A stretch of 64,000 nucleotides of DNA, taken from assembly GCF_000143415.4 (NCBI RefSeq), contig NW_003314330.1, positions 836,089 through 900,088 on the forward strand, written 5' to 3'. Of this stretch, positions 47,203 through 59,600 are shown one piece after another (position 1 is the first letter of the stretch; the number at the start of each line of letters is the position of its first letter). This stretch comes from Selaginella moellendorffii. Lineage: Eukaryota > Plantae > Lycopodiophyta. The position numbers and the translations under genes were made by a program. A model generated the notes under the pieces. That model was not told the DNA's origin, did not search any database, and saw nothing but the letters and a program-made list of their open reading frames with translations.

Positions 47203-49326
47203 ATGAACGCTCCCGGCGTGGATGACTTTGCCCGCCTCGCTCGGTCGTGTGCAAGGAGCAAATCGCTTGAGGATGCACGGGAGCTGGATTGGAAGATCGC
47301 CCAGAGCGCGCACTCCGGCAACAGGTTCCTGGCGAATCTCGTCGTGGACATGTACGGCAAGTGTGGCAGCTTGCAAGACGCGAGGAATGCGTTTGCTCGG
47401 ATCAAAGATCCAAACGTTTACTCGTGGAACATCGTAATCGCAGCACATACCCAGAACGGGCAGCTGGATCACGCCCGTTTGCTGTTCGATCAGATGCCTC
47501 ACAAGGATATAGTCTCGTTCAACTGTATCATCGCTGCATATGCGAGAAAGGGCGACTTGCGGGAGGCGAGAAAGATCTTTGAGAAGATGACCGATCGAGA
47601 CACCGTGACTTGGAACACGATGCTTGCTGCTCATGCCCAAGGGGGGCATTTGCATGAGGCGAAGCTTTTGTTCGATCTTATGCCTTCCAAGAATGTGGTG
47701 TCTTGGAACGCGATGATCGGAGCTTACGCCGCGGCGGGACTGCTTGCCGAGGCGCGGCTCGTCTTCGATCGGATGCCCACCCGCGATGTGGTTTCGGGGA
47801 ACGCAATGATCGCCGCCTATGTCCACGGCAGCCAGATCCATGAAGCGCGACGGATCTTCGACTCCATGCCAGAGAGAAATGTGGTGGCCTGGACCGCGAT
47901 CATGGCTGGCTATGCCAATGCTGGCTACCTCGATTTCGCGAGGATCATCTTTGACAAGATACCCAACAAGAACATCGTCTCTTGGAACGCGATCATCGCC
48001 GCGTACATCCAGCACCACCGCTTGCTCGAAGCTCTTGCGATGTTCGACGGTATGCCACAGCGGGATGTTGCGTCGTGGAACACGATGATCGCGGGGCTTG
48101 CGCAGGCCGGGCGGATCGATCATGCGCGCCGGCTTTTCGATTCCATGCCCAAGCGTGATCTTGTGTCATGGAACACGATGGTGAGTGGCTATGCGGCGTT
48201 GGGCTTCTTGGGCGAAGCTAGAGCGATCTTTGAAAAGATGGTAGACAAGGACGTTGTGTCGTGGAACACGTTAATTGCGGCATATTCCCACAATGGTAAT
48301 GTACGTGAGGCAAAGATTCTCTTTGACAGAATGCCCGAGAGGGATAATCCGTCGTGGAATGCCATGCTTTCAGCATATGCCGGGTCTGGGCATCTGGAAG
48401 ATGCTAAGCGTTTGTTTGACAAGATGCCGGACAAGAATGTGGTATCTTACACGTCCATGGTAGCGGCTTACGGGAGCAATGGCTGCTTGAACGAAGCAAA
48501 GGAGATGTTTGATTCGATGGTGGAGAGAAACGTTGTGTCGTGGAATGCGATGATCGCGGCATTTAATCAAAATGGTGGTGCTCGAGAGGGGATCGCGCTG
48601 TTCAAGGTGATGGATCTCGAGGGGGTGGAGATGGACAAGATCTCCATAGTTTGTGCTCTTGAGGCTTGCGCCTTGGCCGTGTCGCTCGTCGATGGTGCTC
48701 GCGTCCACTCCAGCATTCTCGGAGGCAAGCTCGCCAGGGACTACGTCGTGCAGACCGCGCTCGTGAACATGTACGGCAAGTGTGGCAACCTGGTCGAAGC
48801 TCGAAGGATCTTCGACTCGATGAGCTTCAACTTCCAGGACTCGGTGCCTTGGAACTCCCTCATTGTGGCCTACAGCCAAAACGGCGAGGGCGACAAGGCT
48901 CTGGATCTGTTTGGAACGATGGTGCTGGATGGGATGATCCCGGACGAGATCACCTTCATGGGAGTCCTCAGCGTTTGCAGCCACGCGGGGCTTCTCGAGG
49001 AGGGTCTGCAATACTTCCGGACTCTGGGCGATCACGGGATCGTCCCGACTGTGGATCACTACAAGTGCGTGGTTGATCTGCTGGGACGCGCTGCGAAGCT
49101 GGAGGAAGCGTCGGGTCTCGTGGAAGCAATGCCGTATGAGCCCGACGAAGTTGCATGGATGACTCTCCTCAGCGCTTGCAAAGTTTACGACGATGACAAG
49201 ATTGGGATGCGAGCGGCGGAGGGGCTCGTGGAGATTGATCCAGAGACGGCGGCACCGTATGTGTTGCTGTCCAACATATACGTAGAAAGGAACAAAGGCC
49301 CGGTAGTCGGAGCAAAGAAAGGATGA
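47203..49326 (+). CDS. PLS-class PPR protein with SS-rich array and E domain
   Basis: 707-aa ORF; ends HYKCVVDLLGRA..MPYEPDEVAW..AAPYVLLSNIY; no DYW. Confidence 0.92.
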   Translation: MNAPGVDDFARLARSCARSKSLEDARELDWKIAQSAHSGNRFLANLVVDMYGKCGSLQDARNAFARIKDPNVYSWNIVIAAHTQNGQLDHARLLFDQMPHKDIVSFNCIIAAYARKGDLREARKIFEKMTDRDTVTWNTMLAAHAQGGHLHEAKLLFDLMPSKNVVSWNAMIGAYAAAGLLAEARLVFDRMPTRDVVSGNAMIAAYVHGSQIHEARRIFDSMPERNVVAWTAIMAGYANAGYLDFARIIFDKIPNKNIVSWNAIIAAYIQHHRLLEALAMFDGMPQRDVASWNTMIAGLAQAGRIDHARRLFDSMPKRDLVSWNTMVSGYAALGFLGEARAIFEKMVDKDVVSWNTLIAAYSHNGNVREAKILFDRMPERDNPSWNAMLSAYAGSGHLEDAKRLFDKMPDKNVVSYTSMVAAYGSNGCLNEAKEMFDSMVERNVVSWNAMIAAFNQNGGAREGIALFKVMDLEGVEMDKISIVCALEACALAVSLVDGARVHSSILGGKLARDYVVQTALVNMYGKCGNLVEARRIFDSMSFNFQDSVPWNSLIVAYSQNGEGDKALDLFGTMVLDGMIPDEITFMGVLSVCSHAGLLEEGLQYFRTLGDHGIVPTVDHYKCVVDLLGRAAKLEEASGLVEAMPYEPDEVAWMTLLSACKVYDDDKIGMRAAEGLVEIDPETAAPYVLLSNIYVERNKGPVVGAKKG

Positions 49327-49647
49327 GATATTTGGGAAATCGTGAAGGATGCTGCGAGGAAGATACACTGGTAGTATACGCGACAAAGACCACTCCCATA
49401 TGGATCCATTGTTCGAGAAATTTTGTTTGATGCTATCTTCTCGGAGCTCTCTCACAAAACGTCTTCTTCGCATCGATCGGCTTCTCCAGTTTTGAGACCG
49501 CGAAGCTCTCGAGAAGCATCACCAGGGATCAGGGATCATTCAAACGAAAGTGGGAATTGTCATCAAATCCTTGGAAAAGTTCACAGAAGTCTCTGTGACT
49601 TCACAGATGGAACAAAAACAAAGTCTCCTTGAGTTCACGCACCGTTT

Positions 49648-51181
49648 TCATTGCACTCCAGACATTCTCGCCCAGTCCACGAACTGCATGCCTCCGTAGA
49701 CGTTGTTCGCGAATCTTACGCCCACGGTGAACGCCATCGCCACCAGCGGGACTCTCTTGGCCACCGGGCTAGCCTCCACTACACGCTCCAAACCATTGAT
49801 GACTTGGTACCTCGTGTTGGAAGAAACACCCATGAACACGGCCCAGAGGAGAGCCGACTTGACGAGGGGTGGAACAGGGACGTCGGCGTGGCCCGGTTTT
49901 CCCATTTTCCTGTAAGACATCGGGGCTAAGCTCATACCGTCGAGAGAAAAAAGCATGTAAAGGTACCTCTTGAGAACCATGATCGAATTTGCAACCCCTT
50001 GACCAACCAATCCACAAACAAACCCCACAACTCCATATTGAAGAGCCTGTGTAAAGGAGAGAGCGTCAGGCAATACAATCCGTTTGAAGTTTCTTTCCAC
50101 CTTGAAGAAAAATGCGCCTAGTCGTTGTTGTACACTAAACTTCCGTCCTGGTCTCTCGGCTTCAAAAATGCTGGCAAAGAAAAAGCATGGCTTAAATATG
50201 TGCAAGTTTAAGGCGGACAGTACCTGCTTGGCAGAGCTTTGATCGTTCTGGACAAGCGTCCAGCCGACGCAGGAGCGGCTCCAAATTGGACAAACGGAGC
50301 CAGCATCGTCACAAGCGCAACGTCCATGACGATGCCCACCAGCAAATCCGACATGTAGAGCTCAAACTCGTTCCAAAAGTCCTTGCCACGCTTGTTGACC
50401 TCTGCAAACGTTGCACAGCCGGAATCAATAGCCACCTGTAGTACACAATATAAAAACAACCTTGAAACCAAAGCGAGAAGAAAATCATGCATGTACCTCG
50501 GTGAGAACTTTGAAAAGAAAGCTTGGATCCGCAAGCATCCGGTTGCGTAGAATCGGACTACTTCTCACCGCTGGACCAAGAGGCCAAGGAGCAGCCTGAT
50601 CGAAAGAGTCAAGTAGAGCAAGCAAAGAAGAAAATGATCACCTGAAAATCCAAGTAGCGTGTGAGGATGAGCTCTCGAAGCCCACTAGTTTTCGCAGCCT
50701 CGGCCAGATCCGCGGGAAGAACAGCCCCTCTCGCTTTAACCTGCCTTTCAACCTCCTCGGCGCTCAACAGGGATCCAAATTCCTTTTCTGCCCGATCGGA
50801 TCCACCGTCGTCGCCATCACCATCGCCACTTCCATCGTCCCCTCCTCCCCCTCCTCCCCCCTTCCCTCCTCCACTGCCATCGCCAAAATCCTCTTCTCGA
50901 TGCTGATGATCCTGGGCGATATTCAGCACATCCACGCCGGATCCGGGCGCCGAGCAGCGTATTGGAAAGATTTGTCGCTTCTTGGCGAGAAAAAAGCCCC
51001 ACCTGACACGGTCGATCTTGATTCTGGCGGCTCCCACGGCCACGATGCTCCGGAAACGCGCAGCATTTGCATGATCGGCGATGGAGGCGGCAGTGGTGGC
51101 GCTAGAGCAGCGCTCTACCGCCAGCATTCTCACCTCTTTCCCCTTAAACCCTAAACCCGTCCTGGAAGGACCAAACTTCAT
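49648..51181 (-). CDS. RETICULATA-related (DUF3411) plastid envelope protein
   Basis: Transit peptide, Gly-rich linker, AIDSGCATFAEVNKRGKDFWNEFELY, SNTRYQVINGLE, RFANNVYGGMQFVDWAR; start may be 51127. Confidence 0.9.
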
Positions 51182-52751
51182 GGATTATTTTAGTGAGCCT
51201 TTCGTTTCCTAACAGGATTCGAACCCGAGTATAAACTTATACAGAATTTAGTAAAATGAATTAGTTTTAATCTTTAATAATTTATTAGAATACTTCTAAA
51301 TTAATTGCATTGCCTTTAAACCCAAAAAGTCTAATTCATTTTTTGGATTTTTTAAATATTATAGCTTTGTGAGGTTCACATGTACAATTACAATGCCATA
51401 TACTAATATTAGTATAGTGGGATTTTAGTAGCCATTGATTGGTCTCAATCTAGATTATTCACTCTTATATATAAATTAAATTTTTTGGCTAATTAATATG
51501 TGTATTTTTGTATTTTATTTTTATTCCATGTAGTCATATTGGTGGAGATGAAGGGCAATTTTAATTGTCCTTGAGGAGTGCTTGGATTTGGGATCCTATT
51601 TTAGATTTAACTTTTGCATTGTCTAAATTTCCCTTTTTTATTTATATAGTTTTTCTAAACTTCTTTTCTTTTGCTTTTTTCTTTTTGTTAATTTTCATGG
51701 CAGAGCAACAACCTCTTCCTCTTTTGACTTTGGAGCAACAATTAATACAATTACTCAATGCTATATGGTTGCAGTTGAACAATTAGATTCTATTGATAAC
51801 AACATTTAGGATATATATTATAGTTCCTATTGCTTTGCTATAAATCTTTGAGTTCGGCTAGAGTTATTCCACAGGAATTTTAGAGATGATGTGTACCATT
51901 GATTTGATCATTTCACAGTGATTGCCACATATAATTCTTGGGATGATGCTTGGTGTTTGCGTGAATTTCTCACGTGTCTCCAAAAGACAACATTGCAATA
52001 GTTTAAGCATAGCCACTCATAAGGATTGGAGTATTCTTTCATACGTTTTCAAACTTGCACATGTTAACAATTGTGATGATGCTTTCTAATAATTGCATTG
52101 TATTTGTCAAGGGCCATTTGAGTCCATAATGCAATTTAGCGTTCAATTCCAAAGCCTTTTACTTCATGTGAAGCCAAATATGTTGAAATGGATCAAGTTA
52201 AGAATGTTGTGGTCAGCACTTCATCAAGATTTTGTAAAACTTATGTATACATTTGCTCCAGCTACCTTTGATAATGTTTTTCACTTGGCACAACATTATA
52301 AAATGTCACTTCTTCCACTTCATATCCTTTAGCTCCACTTCCTATAAGAGATGGTTCTATCCAATGAAGGTTGATGTTGCTACTACCTGGGTTCAAGGAC
52401 AAGGGCAAGGACATGGTCGTGGCCATGATGTCCACTATTAGGCGTATGATGAAATTGGTTATACTTATTGGCACTATTGGCATTTTTCAGATTTGTGATT
52501 TTTATTTCCTGGGTGGAGACTTTGGCTTCAACAACGTTTTATTGGTGTTGTTGTAGTAGAAGGTCTGGACACCAAGATGCTTTCTGGAAACAAGGAGTCG
52601 TGCGATTAACAAAGGGTACTTGCATGAATAAGTCGGTGACCCCTCCATATTTTTTTTGAGAGTATCATTAAAGTCACTTGGCACCAATTCATCTAACATT
52701 TACTTTCCATGCTTGTTTTTATAACAAGAGATTTCCTATTATTCTCTTCAT

Positions 52752-53214
52752 TATAAGCAACTAAGGGAACAATTCAAAAGACAATTGATAAGGGTTCAAA
52801 TATAGAGGGAAAGGGCCTATGAATAAGAGTGCACACCCTTTTTTAATCGGTTAAGGGTCTTGGGATACTTGGGGTTAAGCGTTTTTGGGTTTGAATAGTA
52901 CTGGGTTGGATGACCTCCCGGGAAGTCCAAAGTCAAGAGTTAACATTTGGTATCAAAGGGGTCTCAGGTTCAACTCTGTTGGTTGGTTAGGGGAATCACA
53001 CTATATATTGATTGACATTTGGCAAGTCCAATTTGCTCCGGTTAAGCTCGAATTGAGGGGTAGGGTGTCAAGAGAGCGGGGCTCTCGGGAGAGCTACAGC
53101 TTTTAGCTTCCGTTCACAAAGGCGTAAAACTTGTTGCAGCTCTCATCAGCATCCTTGGGTTTGAATAATATTGGGTTGGGTGACCCCTAGGAAGTCCAAA
53201 TTCAAGAGCTTACA
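52752..53214 (+). mobile_element. Cassandra-like TRIM with 5S rRNA-derived LTR segment
   Basis: LTR 52752-52945 ending ACA; 5S box A-IE-box C-like segment 52874-52928; PBS TGGTATCAAAG 52948-52958 (tRNA-Met-i type); truncated second LTR ~53151-53214. Confidence 0.8.
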
Positions 53215-53631
53215 TTTATGTTAGTTGATATAAACTCGAGTTTATCTTTTATTGCTCAATTTGTTACTATATGTTATTATTTACATTTATATCGTGTGGT
53301 AAAGCCATTTTTCATTTTGTATAGCAACGGTTGTGCACACACATATAGACAGGATGAGGTGAACCTAGTTATGTGTGTGGGCAATGTCAAGCTTAACTTG
53401 CAATCATTGCCTGATGAGCTTGTTGTTTTAGCATCTGTGGATTTTCAGACAAGGATTCTGTGCCATCGACAGTTGCTATACTTAATGTTCAGTATCCATA
53501 AGATGTAGAGCAAGATTTACTTTTTCTTGACAAAGTGTGGATTCAAAAGCTTTGCCATGGGTTTGAAAATCCTAAATCACTTACTGATGATTTGCCATTT
53601 CAATGGCACTACAATTCCCATTATCGTCCAC

Positions 53632-56600
53632 TGTCAGGAAAAATACATGACAACAAAAAAAGATAGGAAAGACTCAGGGCTTGTATTTTAGCAGTAACTA
53701 CAAATCACTCATACTGAGTGTGTTGGGCCTACAGTAACTCCTCTATGATCACGGTGATGGGATCTTGACAGCCTACGGGAGGTCCCACCATCTTTGAGCA
53801 GAAAGAACTCAAGAACCAAAGAGAGAAAACAAAAACTGTAAAATTACTAAATGGCCGTACTTAATTTTCAAACTACCAAAAATTTAAACACCACCAACAG
53901 TTGAGATTCTTCCAGCTAATAACTCTTCATCCACAACTTTGATTGACTTGATTTCACCACCAAAGAATTTCCCTTGACAAGATCTTCAACTTTATAGAAT
54001 ACAACTTCTTCAAATTCTCACTTCTGAAATCCATCACTTTTTCTCTCTCTAGTCAGAATATTCCCAAGAAACTTCTTCAGTGAGCTTCTTCATTTTTCAC
54101 CTTTTTCTAGCTCAAAAATACATCAATACTCACAAAAACAACCTCAAGTGTGAAAATACGACCATATATATAGTTGATACTCGCGCCGCCCTCGGCACGC
54201 TGACTGCCATTAACCACTGACTTCTTGACTAGCTTGAACCCAACTCTGCTACACTTTCCTCGGACACCACTCCATTTGACTTCTCACATGGCGACACTTC
54301 GCCTCTTTCAACTCTCTTCTCCTACACTATTGCTGAGCTCGCCTCCACCGACATCTATAGCCTCCAAAAATAAATCCTCCTGGCGCTCCACACCTGAACT
54401 CATAAAATCTCCCCCTTCAGCTCCTCCTCTCAAGGATGTGCAGCCAACTCTACCTGCATCTTCTACACTTGTTCTTAAATGAAAACACCAACATACCTCC
54501 ATTCGATTCTGGAACTTCCCATTCAGCTTACAGCCACAGCTCTCAGCTGGCCTCAGCTTTAGTCATCCTCGACTCTGATTTGGATGGCTCCAACACATTG
54601 GACTCTCGCTCAGCTCTGGCTGTTTCAACATTTGAACGTGGATAGTACTTCTTCAATCAAAAACCATTGATCCACATTGGCAACAGGTTCCCACTCAAAT
54701 CTGCCATCTGCACCGAGCCATTGTCGTTGACATTCACCACCACGTAAGGGCCCAGCCACCGTATCTTGAGTTTTCCTGGCCACTTCCAAAACTTGCTGTC
54801 ATACAACAGCACCAAATCCCCTATTGCAAACTTTCGCTCTCGAATATGATCATCATGCCATTTCTTCCTCCGCTTCTGCAGTGCCTCTCTAGCTTGAAAT
54901 GCCAGCAGCCTCATCTCATCCAATCGTTCTAGCTCGTTCAACCTCTGCTGTATGGCACCGTCCCAGTCCATAGCATGCTCCACACCCATCCTCAAGGCTG
55001 GAACTTCAAGCTCCACCGGCAATAGTGCTACCTGCCCATAAACCAACTGAAAAGGTGAGAACTGAGTGGTCACCTAAAAAGCAACCTGATACGCCCAGAC
55101 TGCATCCAACAGGCGCTTATCCCAATCCATCCGAGAAGCTGAGCAGGTTTTAGTAACAATCTGGCAAAGAGTTCCATTTGTACACTCCACTTGACCATTG
55201 CAATGCGGGTAGTAAGGAGTAGACTTCGAGTGATAAACTCCATAAGTTTCTGTCAATGCTGCCACTGCCTCGTTCAAGAAGTGTGTACCCCGATCACTCA
55301 CCAGTTCAAGGGGAACTCCAAACCGTGTAATTATCTGCTCATAAAAAAACTCCGCCACCTTCTTACCAGTATCCTCCCATAGAACCTTCACCTCAGACCA
55401 TTTTGTAACGTAATCAGTGCAGACTAGTACATACTTATAACCTGTCCGTCGAGCTGGAGGAAACGGTCCGCAAAAATCAATTCCCCATTTTTCAAACGGC
55501 ATCACCGGCAACAGTGGATGAAGAGGCTGGTAGTCAGCTTATCAGGCTTCCCTGCTTGCTGATAGGGGTCACAGGTTTTGACGTAGTACATAACCTCCTT
55601 CCTCAATGTTGGCCACCAATATCCAGCTCTACAAATAATCTCCACTGGCACTTCTGTTCCAAAGTGGCCTCCATATGCCGAGTCATGGCATGCCACTATC
55701 ACCTTAGTCGTCTCATGTGGTAGCAAACACCGCCTCAATACGTTATCTCGTCCAATCCAGTACAATACACCACCAACCATTGTGTAGAGTCGGCTCTGCA
55801 ACAAAAGCTGTCGCTGCTGCTGGTTATTCAACCCTGCCGGATACTCGCCATTGCCAAGAAACTTAACCATCTTGGCATACCAGTCCGACACCGTTTCAAA
55901 TTGGAAGATAGGTGCGTCTAGCAAATCATCCTCTACGCCTACCTCCTCATCACTGTCCTGTGGTGGCAGCCTCGATAAGTGATCCGGCATCTGATGGCTG
56001 CTTCCAGGTTTCAACACAATCTGGAACTGAAATTCCTAGAGCAGCAACAGCCAACGTGTGATTCTTCCCATCTTGCATGGCTTCCCTATTAAATACTTCA
56101 GTGCCTGATGATCGAGGAAAAACACGAACTCCTTGCCGAGTAGATAATGCCAGTATTGCTAGATCGCATAGATCATGCCGAGTCCTTCCCTCTCAGTTTC
56201 TGAATAGCTCTTCTCAGCCGTCGAAAGTTGACGGCTGCTATAACATATTGGATGATCTGCTCGTCCATCTGAGCGTTGACATAGCACCACACCAATTGCC
56301 ACAACTGATGCATCCACATGAACGTGGAAATCCAGTTCCAATTTGGCATCTTCAGAATCGGCGTGTTCGCCAGTGCCAGTTTCAAGCGTTGGAAGGCTGC
56401 CTCACATGCAACTGTCCACTCATATTTAGCCCCCTTCTTCAACAGACTAGTCAAAGGTAGAGCTTTCTCAGCGAAGTTCCTCATGAAACAGCGGTGATAT
56501 CCCAAATGCCTAGGAAATGCCTGCAGTTGCTTCACAGTCTCTGGTGACACTAGCTACATGATCACCTATGTCTTGGCTGGATTGACAGCTAAACCTTCTC

Positions 56601-59600
56601 TTGACACTATCCAACCCAACAACACTCCATGCGTTACCAAGAACTGACACTTGAACGGGTTGAGAGAAATCCCAAATGCTATTTATGGAAAGTGTCTAGA
56701 TTGCAAATTTGGACACGGGACGAACACCATTGTGTTCAGGCCGATCTCTACATTCCGTAGATATGCCAAATGAGCAAATCTAGACACTTTCCATAAATAG
56801 CATTTGGGACCGAAATGAGACTAACACAAAGGGCATGATAGCAAGGGTGTTTGGCAGACACGGTAAGCTATCATTTAGCGATATTGAAGGACTAGTCTCA
56901 ATACGCGAGGGTTTTTGCCAAGCTAGTGCAAGACAGAGCAAAAGAGAACTAAAAAGCTGTGCCAAGTATGCTTGGCCAAATAGACACTTAGGAATTCCGT
57001 CCTTATGCTCATCCGGCCAAGTACAGATGTTAAGTCCAATTTACTAACACTTGGACAAGAGGGGCCAATAAAGGGAACCAGTAGTACCGACCTCCTGCCG
57101 TCATGGCAGTAAGGAAAGAGTGCCTGTAAGGACTGGTCGACAAGTATCTTTTGATACCCGAAGTCATATTCGCGACACTTAGTGCTGGCAGCGCTCAAAA
57201 CACTTCTCGAGTAGGCCTTCATGCGCCAACTCGCTCCCATAGACACTGAAGTTGTCAAGGAATACTTCCATAAACTCTTGCATGTACGGCTGGAAAGCTG
57301 CTGTGACGACCCGCTGAAAGGTAGCAAGTGCATTACACAGGCCGAAAGGCATAACTTTGTAGGCGTAGCAGCCCCACTCAGTCACAAACGTGGTTTTGAG
57401 CTGATCCTCTTCTGCTATCTGCACTTGGTTATAGCCGCTGAATCCGTCAAGGAAGGAATAAAGCTCGTGTCCCACCACAGCATCAAGTACCATGTCAGTG
57501 AAGGGCAGAGGGAAGCCGTCCTTCTCAGTCACCTCGTTCAGCTTCCAGTAATCCACACAAACTCACAGCTGACCATTCTTTTTCGGCACCACCACAATCG
57601 GAGACAGCCATTGGCTTGTTTCCACCTCGTAAATAAACCCAGCTTGCAGCAACTTCTCCAGCTCCTCTCGAACAGTCTTGGAGTAATTCGGGTTCATCCT
57701 ATACGGCCACTGCTGAATAGGCACTGCTCCTGGCTTGAGAATGATCCGGTGCTGAGCCAGCTTCACATCCACACCTCGCATGTCTCTATAAGACCATGCA
57801 AACACGTCGAGGTACCTGTAAAAAAGGCGCCTCAACCTCTCCTTAACTTGGACAGGCAAGTTAGCTCCGACCTTCACCACCTTTTCCTCCTCGGCTGATC
57901 TGAGGTTCATCTCTTCGACAATCGGCTAAGCTGTGTATCGGCTACTACCTCGTCCTCCAGGCTGGATCGCTGGCTCTTCATCAATCTTCAGAACGGAACC
58001 ATCTATAACTTCGGAATAAAAATGGTGGGGAAACTGCTGCAGTTGTTCCTGCTCCACTACTGGCTCCAAGGCCTCAACCTGAACCATTCCACAGCTCACA
58101 TCACCACCAAACAACCAATGCTTGAGTCGATCGCTCACTGTTCCATCTTCAAAAGGTGACAGCAGCAGGGCATTGTAGCCAGAGTAGGGCTCCACAGCTG
58201 CAGCCTCCATTGAACTCTCATCATTCGACTGACTTTGCTCCGAACACACCTCACTCATACGCTCTCCTTTTTCTGACCCAGTCGTGGTATCACTGCTGTC
58301 ATCGATCCCATCCACTATCAGCTCACACGCCACTGGAGTCCAGGCTGGCCTCCTCCTCGTCTGAACTTGGATAGTGCGCAACTCGTTTCCATCTCCAATC
58401 GTAATAGTCCTCTTCAGCCAACTCTGATCTACCCAGGCCTGTAACAGCCACGGTCTTCCCAAAAGAATTGGATAATCCAGCTCGTGTCCAACCATCCTCA
58501 GCACCACGTAATCAACATAAAAGATAAAACTGGCAATCTCCGTCTTCACTCCAGTAAGTACACCAACCAGTCTCGAGTGAGAATGGTTTGCCATGCGGAC
58601 ACGAAAATGAACTGGAGACAGCTGCTCCAAACCAAGTTTCGACACCATCTACTCAGGCATTACGTTGATGGCAGCACCTCCGTCAATCACGCACCCCTTC
58701 AAGTGCTGACCTGAAATCTCTGCATCTATAATCAGATTCTCTGCTTCAATCATCGGCCATGCTGCGTTCACTACCACCTCTCGATGGGCCTTGACTGCTG
58801 TGGCCACCACTTTCCTTAGACTTGGTGCCAGCTGCAGTAATTGTGTGAATGTGATACTCGGCTTCTGATTCTCCAAGTCCTTGAGCACGTCGTAGGGCTG
58901 AGTTTCTAGATTCAGCACTTGCTTATACCGGCGAGATCTCTGCTGGCCCATCTTCAATGGCTCGCCCCCACAATGTTCCTTGAATACCTTTGCCAGCCGC
59001 TGCAGCATCAAGATGCCCACCTTCCTCATAACCTCTTGCGGATCCATTCCACCACTCATCTGGTTCGTGTCCATTTCCTTGCCGTCATTAGGGCACTGAA
59101 TAGTCCCCGTGATATTCTTTGTGAGATCTCCGCCATCAGCTATCAGCACATCCTGAATGCCGCCTCCTTCCATGCCCACCTTTTCCTTGTGGCACTGCTC
59201 CTTCCTGTTTCGGCGAGCTATCATCTCTAGATCCCCCCAAGTATGCATCCGCTCATATCCCTGTTCATCCCTTGTTCCCGGCTCATCTCGGATGTACAAC
59301 CCGCGGTCCCTCTGCTGCAACTATGCTTGTGTGTTGACATTCCACACAGGTGTGTCCGCTTGTAACTCTTCAGAATTCACGAAAATGGCTTTAGTGTCCA
59401 CCACCTCTTTTCCCTTGTCCTGATTCTGACGCTGATTCGGCACTTGCAAGCGGTAGGGGCAATCCTCCTGCCGATGAAGCCCCTGTGTTTGGCATATCCC
59501 ATAGATTGGCTGATACTCTTCAGACTTCTATGCATTCAGACAGTTTGGCGCGATATGTCCAGGTTCCCCACCCCCAGTAGCACACTATTGGACCTCGGCC

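Noticed and set aside
47077-49473. Long antisense ORFs (47077-48123, 48370-49473; likewise 5791-6558 and 27127-27798)
   Set aside because: Shadow frames of GC-rich sense-strand genes; no independent motifs
51212-51229. B-box/T-arm-like motif (RC ctcgggttcgaatcctg)
   Set aside because: No remaining cloverleaf or A box
52874-52928. Functional 5S rRNA gene
   Set aside because: Only the ~55-nt internal promoter part is present, embedded in an LTR
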